IMG/VR virus record: IMGVR_UViG_3300011339_000683
Location: 1 to 35,732 of that record
Reading direction: 5' to 3' (one strand)
DNA: 35,732 bases
Source: a virus
Lineage: Duplodnaviria > Caudoviricetes
Below the pieces are notes generated by a model that saw only the letters and a list, made by a program, of their open reading frames with translations, was not told where the DNA came from and searched no databases. Positions 9,157 through 17,677 of the stretch are shown one piece after another (positions within the stretch are counted from its first letter, which is position 1; every line of letters begins with the position of its first letter). The position numbers and the translations under genes are program-made.

Positions 9157-9663
9157 ATGGCAATTCAGAACATCGCATACGGCACCTACACGGCGCTGAC
9201 GGTCACGAACCTGAACAGCCTTGCCAATTCGGCCACGGCGGGCTGGCAGTCGGATCGTGTATCGAACCTGTCCACGCTGGCGCTGGATTACGAAATCCTG
9301 ATTAAGCTGGATATGGCCAACACCGCGCCGGCTAATGATCGCGCCGTGTATGTGTTCGTCAGCCCTGCGGTTTTCGACGGCTCTACGTGGTATCAGGCCG
9401 ATGGCGGCACCACGACGCTGCCGAGCGGCACGCAGGGCGCCTACACGATTGCCGGCACCACCACCACGAACAATCTCGACTTATTGCGCGCCCTGTCCTA
9501 CACGACGGCGGATCAGGTCATCCAAGCCACGCTGCGGCTGTCGGACCTTTACGACACCATGCCGGATGGTTTCTCCATCATCATTGTGAACTTCACGGGC
9601 GCGGCGGTGGCGGCGTCTGGCAACATCGTCGCATATCGCCCGATCACCTACACCGTGGCGTGA
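9157..9663 (+). CDS. Putative virion structural protein (beta-sandwich)
   Basis: Thr/Ala/Asn-rich, operonic, directly precedes the LamG gene. Confidence 0.7.
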   Translation: MAIQNIAYGTYTALTVTNLNSLANSATAGWQSDRVSNLSTLALDYEILIKLDMANTAPANDRAVYVFVSPAVFDGSTWYQADGGTTTLPSGTQGAYTIAGTTTTNNLDLLRALSYTTADQVIQATLRLSDLYDTMPDGFSIIIVNFTGAAVAASGNIVAYRPITYTVA

Positions 9664-9666
9664 TGA

Positions 9667-10809
9667 ATGCCCGGCGCGAAGGCACGGATTAGGCTAGACG
9701 GCGCGGACCCGATCAATAAGGGGCTTGCTGGCTTCTGGCCGCTTATGGATGGGGCCGGATCGCGGGCGCGCAATGCAGTTTCAGCCCAATCCGCCGCGCT
9801 TATCAGTTCTCCCGCATGGACGGCGCGGGGCCTTACGTGGGCATCCGGTAGCTACGTGGAGGCGCCGGCCAACACCGCCTATGATTTCGTACGCGGCGGC
9901 ACTGTCTCGTTCTGGGTGCGTGGCCTGTATGCCTCTCAAATCACATACGGGAACTTGTTCTCCAAGGCATCCGGCGGCGTGACTGAATGGAGCCTCTTCC
10001 GGGAGGCGGCTACCACCGCGCTATCCCTGTATTCACTGGCAGCCGCCGGGCAGGTGACGTTTGCAGGCGCGTTGTTCCAAGAAATTATGGATGGGCGCCT
10101 AAATCACGTCTGCTACACGCAGAACGGCACCACAGCGACTATTTACATCAACGGGCGCTCTCGTGATTCAAAAACGATCACGGCGCCAACCTACCAATCA
10201 TTGCCTCTGCGCTTCGGGAACGACGCGGGCGCTACCGGCTACATCAACGGCCAGATGCAGAGCGTTCGGTTTTTCAACCGGGCGCTGCTACCGGCGGAAG
10301 TGGCGAGGTTGGGGCGCGATCCATGGGCAGGCACGGCGCGGGGCAGGGCTCCCGTTCCGTTTATCTACCCGCCCCTCTCGGCCACGATCACCGGCACCAT
10401 CCCGATTACGGCCGAGATCACCGCCACGCTACAGCCCTTCGTGGTGGATGGCGCCGACACCCACGACGGCATCAAACGCTCCCGCCGCCTGCGCCGCATC
10501 GAAGCCCTGCGCCAGCGTGCGGACGATGAACGCCTAGCCGATGCACAGGCTCTCCGGCTGTCCCTGGAAGCCGCGCTAGGGCTGGCAGCCGAGATGCCGA
10601 CCGATGATGCCCCGCGTGTGGCCGAAGCCGTCCAGCGCGCTCCCAAGCCGGCGGAAGTGGATTGGCGCCGGGTGGCTGACGATGCCGAGCAATACGCACG
10701 GCTTTCTACCGTGGTGGCGCGGCTTTCGACGCTGGTGCAGGCCGAGGCCAAGCGCCGGGCGGATGCCGACGATGACGACGACGCGGCTTTTTTGTTGGGG
10801 ATCGCATGA
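9667..10809 (+). CDS. LamG/ConA-like lectin domain fused to a charged helical C-terminal module
   Basis: GLAGFWPLMDGAG, TVSFWVR, HVCYT...TIYING, YINGQMQSVRFFNRALLPAEV; C-terminal DTHDG...DDDDDAAFLL. Confidence 0.8.
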   Translation: MPGAKARIRLDGADPINKGLAGFWPLMDGAGSRARNAVSAQSAALISSPAWTARGLTWASGSYVEAPANTAYDFVRGGTVSFWVRGLYASQITYGNLFSKASGGVTEWSLFREAATTALSLYSLAAAGQVTFAGALFQEIMDGRLNHVCYTQNGTTATIYINGRSRDSKTITAPTYQSLPLRFGNDAGATGYINGQMQSVRFFNRALLPAEVARLGRDPWAGTARGRAPVPFIYPPLSATITGTIPITAEITATLQPFVVDGADTHDGIKRSRRLRRIEALRQRADDERLADAQALRLSLEAALGLAAEMPTDDAPRVAEAVQRAPKPAEVDWRRVADDAEQYARLSTVVARLSTLVQAEAKRRADADDDDDAAFLLGIA

Positions 10810-11156
10810 AGCGTAAATATGTCTGGCACGATGGCACGTTTGTTGACGTGACGGACTGGAAGCCTGCGCCACGCAAGACGCCATACATCGTGCGGGACAG
10901 CATGGAACACGCCATGCACCCGGCCACGGGCGAGATGATGGACAGCAAAAGCCGCTTCCGTGAAGTCACGCGGGCACATGGGCTTGTAGAGGTCGGCAAT
11001 GATTGGCGGACTAGCCAAACAAAGCCCCGCCTTACGCGCGCAGACCGTAAAAGAGACATTGCGGCGGCCATGGAACAGATTGAATCCGGTTACACGCCTC
11101 CGCCTTCGTCTGAACCCTCCGAACTGTCGGGGGTTGCAACAAGGGTGTATGAGTGA
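10806..11156 (+). CDS. Pre-scaffold hypothetical protein
   Basis: Coupled on both sides; DSKSRFREVTRAHGLVEVGND motif. Confidence 0.7.
   Translation: MKRKYVWHDGTFVDVTDWKPAPRKTPYIVRDSMEHAMHPATGEMMDSKSRFREVTRAHGLVEVGNDWRTSQTKPRLTRADRKRDIAAAMEQIESGYTPPPSSEPSELSGVATRVYE
11007..11053 (+). promoter_or_regulatory. Putative late promoter, copy 2, upstream of scaffold/capsid genes
   Basis: CGGACTAGCCAAACAA at 11007-11022 and GTAAA at 11047, same geometry as 2553-2597. Confidence 0.45.
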
Positions 11157-12118
11157 GCGAGACGCTAGACGCACCGGCCCCTGACGCCACCACCGACACC
11201 AGCGCGGCGGATGACCTACGTTCGGCCATTGGCGCTGCGTTTGACGAGCATGACGCGCCGGAGGCGGATCGCGACGACAAGGGGCGGTTTGCCAATCACG
11301 AACGAGCGGCAAGCCCTGTTGTCGATCACGAAACCGCTTCCGGTGATACACAAACCGCACCCGTAGCCGAGGCGCCCGCGATTGAGGCGCCCGCTACGCT
11401 GAGTGCCGACGACCTTTCCCGGTGGGCCACGCTTCCCCGTGATGCGCAGGAGTTGATTGCGCAGCGGGAAGCCAAAGCCGCCGAAACCGCACGGGCATTG
11501 GAACCCGTGCAATCCGTGCTGAAGCAATACGAACCTCTCTACGCCGCACGAGGCATCCCCGCCCCGCAAGCGTTGGCGAGCCTGTTTGAAGCGCAGCGCA
11601 TGCTTGAAACCCGCCCCGCCGAGGCTATCGCGGTGCTGGCCCGTCAGTATGGCGTGCCGTTCCCGCAGGCCGAGGCAAACCCGTCACAACCGCAAGACGA
11701 AATCACGCAGCTTGTTGCGCACGTCCGTAATCTTGAAGCCAAGATTGCAGAGCGCGAGCAGGCAGCCGAACAGACCGCCACGCAGACCATCGAACAGACC
11801 ATCCGCCAATTCGCGGCCAATCCCGAGCACCGGCACTTTCCGACCGTCCGCAGCTACATGGGCGCGTTGATGCAAGCTGATCCGGCGTTGGACTTGCCGC
11901 GTGCCTACGAGATGGCCTGCCGGGCGCACCCTGACGTTTCCAAGATCATCGCAGCGGATGCCGAGAAGGCAGCCAATGCGGACAAGGCCAAGCGCGCGGC
12001 GGAAGCCAAGGGCAAGGCGGTATCGGTGCGCGGTGCGCCCCCGATGGTTGGAAACGGTGCGGTGCCGGATTCGGTGCGTGGTGTCCTCAGTGCGGCTTGG
12101 GACGGGGCTCTCCATTAA
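11153..12118 (+). CDS. Capsid scaffolding protein
   Basis: Acidic/Ala-rich N-terminus with RDDKGRF, helical body, immediately upstream of the MCP. Confidence 0.8.
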   Translation: MSETLDAPAPDATTDTSAADDLRSAIGAAFDEHDAPEADRDDKGRFANHERAASPVVDHETASGDTQTAPVAEAPAIEAPATLSADDLSRWATLPRDAQELIAQREAKAAETARALEPVQSVLKQYEPLYAARGIPAPQALASLFEAQRMLETRPAEAIAVLARQYGVPFPQAEANPSQPQDEITQLVAHVRNLEAKIAEREQAAEQTATQTIEQTIRQFAANPEHRHFPTVRSYMGALMQADPALDLPRAYEMACRAHPDVSKIIAADAEKAANADKAKRAAEAKGKAVSVRGAPPMVGNGAVPDSVRGVLSAAWDGALH

Positions 12119-12140
12119 CCCCATCTAGGAGTGTTGCCAC

Positions 12141-13148
12141 ATGGCATCGCCCAATCTTTCGGAGATCGTGACGACCACGCTCCGTAATCGCTCCGGCAAG
12201 CTCGCCGACAACGTGACCCGCAACAACGCCCTGTTCAACCGCCTTCGCGAGCGCGGCAAGGTAAAGCCGTTCAGCGGCGGCCGAACCATCGTGCAGGAAA
12301 TCAGCTACGCGCAGAATGGCACCTTCAAGCGCTATTCCGGGTATGAAGTGCTGAACATCAGCCCGTCCGACGTCATCACGGCGGCGGAATACCCCATCCG
12401 GCAGGCTGCCGTGGCCGTGTCAATTTCTGGGCTTGAGATGCTCCAGAACTCCGGCAAGGAAGCGGTGATTGACCTGCTGGAAAGCCGGATTGAGAACGCC
12501 GAACAGACGTTCATGAACGGCCTGGCAGCCGATGCCTACAGCGACGGGACCGCTACTGGCCAGATGACCGGCCTTCAGGCGCTGGTTTCCAGTTCCCCGA
12601 CCTCCGGCACCATCGGCGGCATTGACCGCGCAACGTGGACGTTCTGGCAGAACATCAAGTTCTCGTCTGCCACGGACGGCGGCGCGGCGGCGACCTCGGC
12701 CAACATTCAGTCCTACATGAACCGCGTGGCGTTGCAGCTTGTGCGCGGCAATGACGGGCCTGACCTGATCGTGGCGGACACGAATTACTACCGCCTGTTT
12801 CTGGAAAGCATGCAGGCCATTCAGCGTGTGACGGATGAGAAGTCCGCCGGGCTGGGCTTCACCGGCCTGAAATACTACGGCTCCGGGCGCTCCATCGACG
12901 TTATCCTTGACGGCGGCTTCCAGGGCTATTCGTCCGACAGCAACCCGAGCACGGGCGGCGCGCCGACGAATAGCATGTATTTCCTGAATACGAACTACAT
13001 CATGTATCGGCCGCATCGCGACCGCAACATGGTGCCGCTCGATCCTGATCGTTTCTCGGTCAACCAGGATGCTATGGTCAAGCTGATCGGCTGGGCCGGC
13101 AACATGACCCTCTCGAACGCGCGCCTCCAGGGCGTCCTTGTGGCCTAA
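12141..13148 (+). CDS. Major capsid protein (HK97 fold inferred)
   Basis: AGGAG RBS; 335 aa; TTTLRNRSGKLADNV, YSGYEVLNISP, IGGIDRATWTFWQN motifs; strongly biased codons. Confidence 0.92.
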   Translation: MASPNLSEIVTTTLRNRSGKLADNVTRNNALFNRLRERGKVKPFSGGRTIVQEISYAQNGTFKRYSGYEVLNISPSDVITAAEYPIRQAAVAVSISGLEMLQNSGKEAVIDLLESRIENAEQTFMNGLAADAYSDGTATGQMTGLQALVSSSPTSGTIGGIDRATWTFWQNIKFSSATDGGAAATSANIQSYMNRVALQLVRGNDGPDLIVADTNYYRLFLESMQAIQRVTDEKSAGLGFTGLKYYGSGRSIDVILDGGFQGYSSDSNPSTGGAPTNSMYFLNTNYIMYRPHRDRNMVPLDPDRFSVNQDAMVKLIGWAGNMTLSNARLQGVLVA

Positions 13149-13162
13149 GGGGGACACAGACA

Positions 13163-13678
13163 ATGAGCGGCACAAATCTCGCGATTGGCGTTGAAGGCGC
13201 CAATTTCACTGAGTCCTACACCGTCAGCACCAGCGTCCCGGAATACCCCGGCTTCCCGTTCCAGGTTGGCACCCGTGTCAACGCTGGCAACGCGGGCCAG
13301 TGGATTTTCGTGCTGGCCGGCGGCTCGATCACGGCGAACGACGTGTGCGTGATCGCAACCATGTCCACCTTCTCCACGGTGGCCCTGACCAACGCCACGG
13401 GTAAGGGCTTCCTCGGCAAGATCGTGGGCAAGGCTGGCGCCACTGTCACCAGCGGCCAGGGCTTTTGGCTCCAGGTGGCGGGCTTCGCGTCTGCCGTCAA
13501 CGCGGCGACCACCAGCGCGGCCAACATCGTGCTTTCGAGCAGCACCACGGCGGGCCGCATTGCTGCGGCTTCGGCGGGCAACTCGGTGAAGGTCACGGGC
13601 CTGACTCTGGTTGCCACGGCGGCCAGCAACACCGCTGCGGCGGTTCTCAACTTCCCGGCCATCGGGACTGACGACTAA
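13163..13678 (+). CDS. Capsid cement/decoration protein
   Basis: Follows the MCP and precedes a hairpin; Ala/Thr/Gly-rich with GQGFWLQVAG. Confidence 0.7.
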   Translation: MSGTNLAIGVEGANFTESYTVSTSVPEYPGFPFQVGTRVNAGNAGQWIFVLAGGSITANDVCVIATMSTFSTVALTNATGKGFLGKIVGKAGATVTSGQGFWLQVAGFASAVNAATTSAANIVLSSSTTAGRIAAASAGNSVKVTGLTLVATAASNTAAAVLNFPAIGTDD

Positions 13679-13680
13679 CC

Positions 13681-13712
13681 GGAGGGCGGGGGTTTCGGCC
13701 CCCGCCTCCTTC
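13681..13712 (+). terminator. GC-rich hairpin with TTCG loop after the capsid genes (probably leaky terminator or mRNA stabiliser)
   Basis: GGAGGGCGGGGGT-TTCG-GCCCCCGCCTCC, followed by only TT. Confidence 0.7.
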
Positions 13713-13725
13713 ACAGCGAGGTTTC

Positions 13726-14364
13726 ATGTCTGACCTAATGCCCCCGTCTTCCCCGTCGCAGATCGCATGGCAAGGCCACGTCGGCACGGTGCAGCAGGCA
13801 GACCGGCGCTACGTTGAGTTCTATCGCGGGCACAAGATCAACGGCGTGCAGTCGCAGCAGGCGGGCCGCCCGATTTACGACCCCGTGGACATGCTCAAGC
13901 TGATCCATCCCGGCGAGCGCGACATTCACCACATCGAAGTCCGCGACGAACACAAGTTTCAGTTTCCGCGCCAGTGGGCCGCCTATGAGGCAGGCCGCAG
14001 CAACGAAGCGCAGAGCGGCACCCCGATTGAGACGCTGTATCCCCATGAGCCGGAGCTTGTGCGCCAATTTCAGGCTCTGCACATTTTCACGGCGGAACAG
14101 ATGGCGGGCCTTACTGAGCCTGGGATTATGCGCCTCGGCATGGGTGGCCGCGCGCATGTGGAGCGGGCGCAGAAGTTCCTAGACCACGCTTCCAGCATGG
14201 CCGGCGCCAGCAAGCTTCAAGCGGAACTGGATGCCGAACGCGAACGACGCGAGGCGTTGCAGGAGCAGGTTGAGCGCATGGAGCGGCAGCTAGCGGCCCT
14301 TGCGGAAGCGCGGCCCCGGCGTGGGCGCCCGCGTTCTGACGACACCGACGAAACGGAGGGCTAA
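13726..14364 (+). CDS. Phage hypothetical protein (head-tail region)
   Basis: GAGG RBS; GRPIYD..., FPRQWAAY, IFTAEQMAGL...LGMG motifs; C-terminal coiled coil and RRGRPR. Confidence 0.75.
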   Translation: MSDLMPPSSPSQIAWQGHVGTVQQADRRYVEFYRGHKINGVQSQQAGRPIYDPVDMLKLIHPGERDIHHIEVRDEHKFQFPRQWAAYEAGRSNEAQSGTPIETLYPHEPELVRQFQALHIFTAEQMAGLTEPGIMRLGMGGRAHVERAQKFLDHASSMAGASKLQAELDAERERREALQEQVERMERQLAALAEARPRRGRPRSDDTDETEG

Positions 14365-14367
14365 CCC

Positions 14368-14742
14368 ATGGCTGCACTCACTACGTCCCTGATGGGCGCC
14401 GGCATGCCTGCTGGGCTGGCATCTCAGCTTGGCGACACCATCCGAAGCATTACCGGCGCCGGCACGGCACAGGGCGGTTCCTCGCCCATCGTGTATGGCG
14501 GCGATGTGTGCCTGCTGACCACGGCGGCCAGCCAGACGGCATGCACCATTGATAGCGGGATGCGCGTTGGCGATACGGTGGAGGTTTACACCATCACGGC
14601 CACGACCGGGCTTCTGTTCCCCCCGACCGGCTGCACCATCGACCAAGGCAGCGCCAATGCTTCGGTGTCGATTGCACAGAACAAGGGGCGCCTGATCCGC
14701 CGCGTTTCGACGACTGCTTTCGTGTCCCTGTTGGGCGCTTAA
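14368..14742 (+). CDS. Small virion protein, paralogous to the C-terminal domain of 2803-4506
   Basis: GGAGG RBS; shared pattern T-x-AG-x-x-Q ... V-x-V ... PPT ... I ... N ... IA. Confidence 0.7.
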   Translation: MAALTTSLMGAGMPAGLASQLGDTIRSITGAGTAQGGSSPIVYGGDVCLLTTAASQTACTIDSGMRVGDTVEVYTITATTGLLFPPTGCTIDQGSANASVSIAQNKGRLIRRVSTTAFVSLLGA

Positions 14743-14745
14743 GCC

Positions 14746-15702
14746 GTGGGTTCGTCGCTCCTTACTTTGGTGCAGCGTGCGGCGCGGGAGATGGGCCTTC
14801 CCGTGCCGGCGACTGTTGCGGGCGCGACGGACCAGCAGACGCAGCAGTTGTTTGGCCTGGCAAACGCGGTTGGTGACGACCTCCTGAGCCGGGGCGAATG
14901 GGTGGCGCTGCAAACGCAGGCCATCATCAACGTTGAAGCGCCAATCACGACAACCGGCACCGTGACGGAAGGCAGCCGGGGGATTGCTGATATCCCGGCG
15001 GACCTGCTGGGGCTTGATCCAACCGTTTACGTGGTGTCTGGCAACGGCATTCAGGTTGCTTCGCGCGTGACGGAAATCACCGTCAACATGCCGGGCGATG
15101 ACAGCCTGACTATGGACATGCAAGCCACGGCGAGCGGCACGGGCGTTGATATCGTGATTGCTCGCGATACCTACGCGGTCCCCGCCGACTTTCAGACGTT
15201 CATCAACCGGACGCAGTGGGACCGCACGAACCATTGGGAGCTGCGCGGGCCTATGTCTCCGCAGGAATACCAGTGGGTTGTTTCTGGGATCGTCACCACG
15301 GGGCCGAGGCGCCGCTATCGCGAGGTTGGGCGCGGTTCCAACGTGTTCCGCATCTGGCCCCCTCCCACGGCGCAAGATGCTCCAGCAACGTTCGCCTATG
15401 AGTATCTCTCGGCGTATTGGGCGCAGAACAGCGCTGGCACGCCGCAAAGCGGTTTCGTGCTGGATACCGATGCCTGCGTGTTCGATGACCGCGTGATGAT
15501 TGCCGGCATCAAATACATGTTCTTCTCCGTAAAGGGCTTCGACGCCACCCGGTTTGAGCGGGATTACAACCTGCTGGCGTCTGTGTCGCAGGGGCGCGAT
15601 GGCGGTTCGCCTACGCTGGATATGGCGCGGCGGCGTTGGCCGATTTTCATCTCTCCGGCTTCCACGCCGGATGGTTTCTTCCCCGGACCTGGCAACCCGT
15701 GA
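14746..15702 (+). CDS. Head-tail adaptor (tail tubular protein A-like)
   Basis: LLTLVQRAAREMGL start, YAVPADF, FRIWPPP motifs; position before the nozzle gene. Confidence 0.75.
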   Translation: MGSSLLTLVQRAAREMGLPVPATVAGATDQQTQQLFGLANAVGDDLLSRGEWVALQTQAIINVEAPITTTGTVTEGSRGIADIPADLLGLDPTVYVVSGNGIQVASRVTEITVNMPGDDSLTMDMQATASGTGVDIVIARDTYAVPADFQTFINRTQWDRTNHWELRGPMSPQEYQWVVSGIVTTGPRRRYREVGRGSNVFRIWPPPTAQDAPATFAYEYLSAYWAQNSAGTPQSGFVLDTDACVFDDRVMIAGIKYMFFSVKGFDATRFERDYNLLASVSQGRDGGSPTLDMARRRWPIFISPASTPDGFFPGPGNP

Positions 15703-17231
15703 TCCGCCCGGCGCGCGTTCCCATTCGCGCCCGCAGCCATACCGTTCCGGCTCCTGTCGGGGGGTGGAACGCATCGAGCGCGCTTGACGACATGGCGCCG
15801 AACGAAGCCGTGACGCTCATCAACTGGTTTCCCGAAACCACGTTCTGTCGCCTGCGTGGTGGCAGCCAGACCCATTGCAACACTGGCACGGCGGCGGCTG
15901 TCACGTCGCTGGCTACGTATTCCTCCGGCAGCGCCGATGACCTGTTGGCTTACTCCGGCGGCAAATGGTGGGACGTGACGACCTCCACGCCAGCCGCGTT
16001 GGCCACGGTGGGCACCAGCGGATATTGGGCCTCCACGAATTTTGCCACGGCGGCCGGGCAATACCTCATCACTGTCAACGGCGATGCCACGCCGCAGGTT
16101 TACGACGGCGCGACGATGACGGCGGCGGCGAATACGATCGGCGGCGTTCCGGCGGCTATCACGTTCAGCAGCGTGTGCAGCTTCAACAACCGGCTCTACT
16201 ACGCCGAGACGAACAGCCTTTCGATTTGGTATCTCGCGGTCGGCACCTATCAGGGCGCGTTGACGGAGTTTGACCTAGGCCCGCTGGCCACGCAGGGCGG
16301 CAAGATCGTGGCGATCCAGACATGGACGCGCGACAACGCATCGGCCGGCGCAAACGAGATGTTCGTGGCCGTCACCGATCAGGGCGAGGTGTTTATCTTC
16401 ACCGGCATTTTTCCCGGTGGGACGTGGAACATCAGCGCGCGGTTTGTGGTGGGGCGCCCGGTGGCGGGCCCGAATAGCGTCATCCGGCTTGGCCCCGACC
16501 TCGTGTTGATGTGCGAGGATGGGTTTCAGCCCCTCGGCCAATACCTCCAACTCGGCCAGTCGCAGGCGCAGCGTGTGGCGCTGTCTGCCAAGATCGGCAA
16601 CGCGGTTACGGCGGCGGTCCGCAATTACGGCACCGAAAGCGGCTGGTGCGCGGCGCTGTATTCAGCCCGGAATATGATGGTGTTCAACGTGCCGCAGGGT
16701 GGCAGCGTTTACACACAATACGTCGTCAACACGCTCACGGGCGCGTGGGGGCAATACACCGGCATGAACGGCGCCGCGTGGGCTTGTCTGAATGGCGCGC
16801 TCTACTTCGGCGGCACGACGGGTATTGTGTGTCTGGCCGAGGCTGGCACGTCTGATAGCGGGGCGGCCATCAACGCGGAATGGCTGGGCTCCTACCAGTA
16901 TGCCGGCGCGCGGGGCGCCTTCAAGCGCTTCACCATGGCCCGGCCGATTTTCCAGACGAACGGCACCGTTTCGACCTCGTTTGGCGTGTCGGTGGATTTC
17001 GTCAGCAGCCCCATCGGCGCGGCGTCCCTATCCACGGTAACGGCCGGCGTGTGGGGAACCTCCGTGTGGGGGTTTTTCCTTTGGGGCGGCGATTACCAGC
17101 TACAGCGCGACTGGATCAGCGTCAGCGGCACGGGCTACGCGGTGGCGCCGCACATGAAGGTTTCGACAACGACGATATCCATGAACCTCATGGCGACGGA
17201 TATTCTCTATGAGGGGGGCGGCTATATATGA
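15699..17231 (+). CDS. Tail nozzle / stabilisation protein (P22 gp10-like position)
   Basis: GTG at 15699 overlaps the previous stop; PAPVGGWN start, beta-rich, FNNRLYY; 510 aa. Confidence 0.75.
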   Translation: MIRPARVPIRARSHTVPAPVGGWNASSALDDMAPNEAVTLINWFPETTFCRLRGGSQTHCNTGTAAAVTSLATYSSGSADDLLAYSGGKWWDVTTSTPAALATVGTSGYWASTNFATAAGQYLITVNGDATPQVYDGATMTAAANTIGGVPAAITFSSVCSFNNRLYYAETNSLSIWYLAVGTYQGALTEFDLGPLATQGGKIVAIQTWTRDNASAGANEMFVAVTDQGEVFIFTGIFPGGTWNISARFVVGRPVAGPNSVIRLGPDLVLMCEDGFQPLGQYLQLGQSQAQRVALSAKIGNAVTAAVRNYGTESGWCAALYSARNMMVFNVPQGGSVYTQYVVNTLTGAWGQYTGMNGAAWACLNGALYFGGTTGIVCLAEAGTSDSGAAINAEWLGSYQYAGARGAFKRFTMARPIFQTNGTVSTSFGVSVDFVSSPIGAASLSTVTAGVWGTSVWGFFLWGGDYQLQRDWISVSGTGYAVAPHMKVSTTTISMNLMATDILYEGGGYI

Positions 17232-17677
17232 CCCCGAACCGCATCATCACCGGGCGCGATGAAGCCGTGGCGGCATGGGTGGCGCGTCAAATTCCGCACG
17301 TCGGGGCGCATGGCTTCGGCCCGTGCGTGGCCGTTGCGGTGGCCAGTGGCGCGCGTCCGTTGGCGGGTGTGGTTTTCCATGATTACCAGCCCGAAGCCGG
17401 AACGGTTCAAATCAGCATGGCGGCGGTGTCGGTGACGTGGGCACAGCGCGAAACGATCCGGGGCATCCTCGCTATCCCGTTTGAGCAATACGGATGCTTC
17501 AAGGTGTGGACGTGTATCCCGGCGGACAACGCGCGGGCGATCCGGTTCAACGAGGGGATCGGCATGAAGTCTGAGGCGACGTTGCGCCACCAATTCGGGC
17601 GCGGTCGGCATGCGCGCATCTTCGGCATGACGGCGCCTGAGTTTCGGGCGAAGTGGCGTTTGAAGGAAGCTGCGTAA
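17228..17677 (+). CDS. GNAT-family acetyltransferase-like protein
   Basis: NARAIRFNEGIGMKSEATLR GNAT C-terminal motif; usual podovirus position between nozzle and ejection genes. Confidence 0.8.
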   Translation: MTPNRIITGRDEAVAAWVARQIPHVGAHGFGPCVAVAVASGARPLAGVVFHDYQPEAGTVQISMAAVSVTWAQRETIRGILAIPFEQYGCFKVWTCIPADNARAIRFNEGIGMKSEATLRHQFGRGRHARIFGMTAPEFRAKWRLKEAA

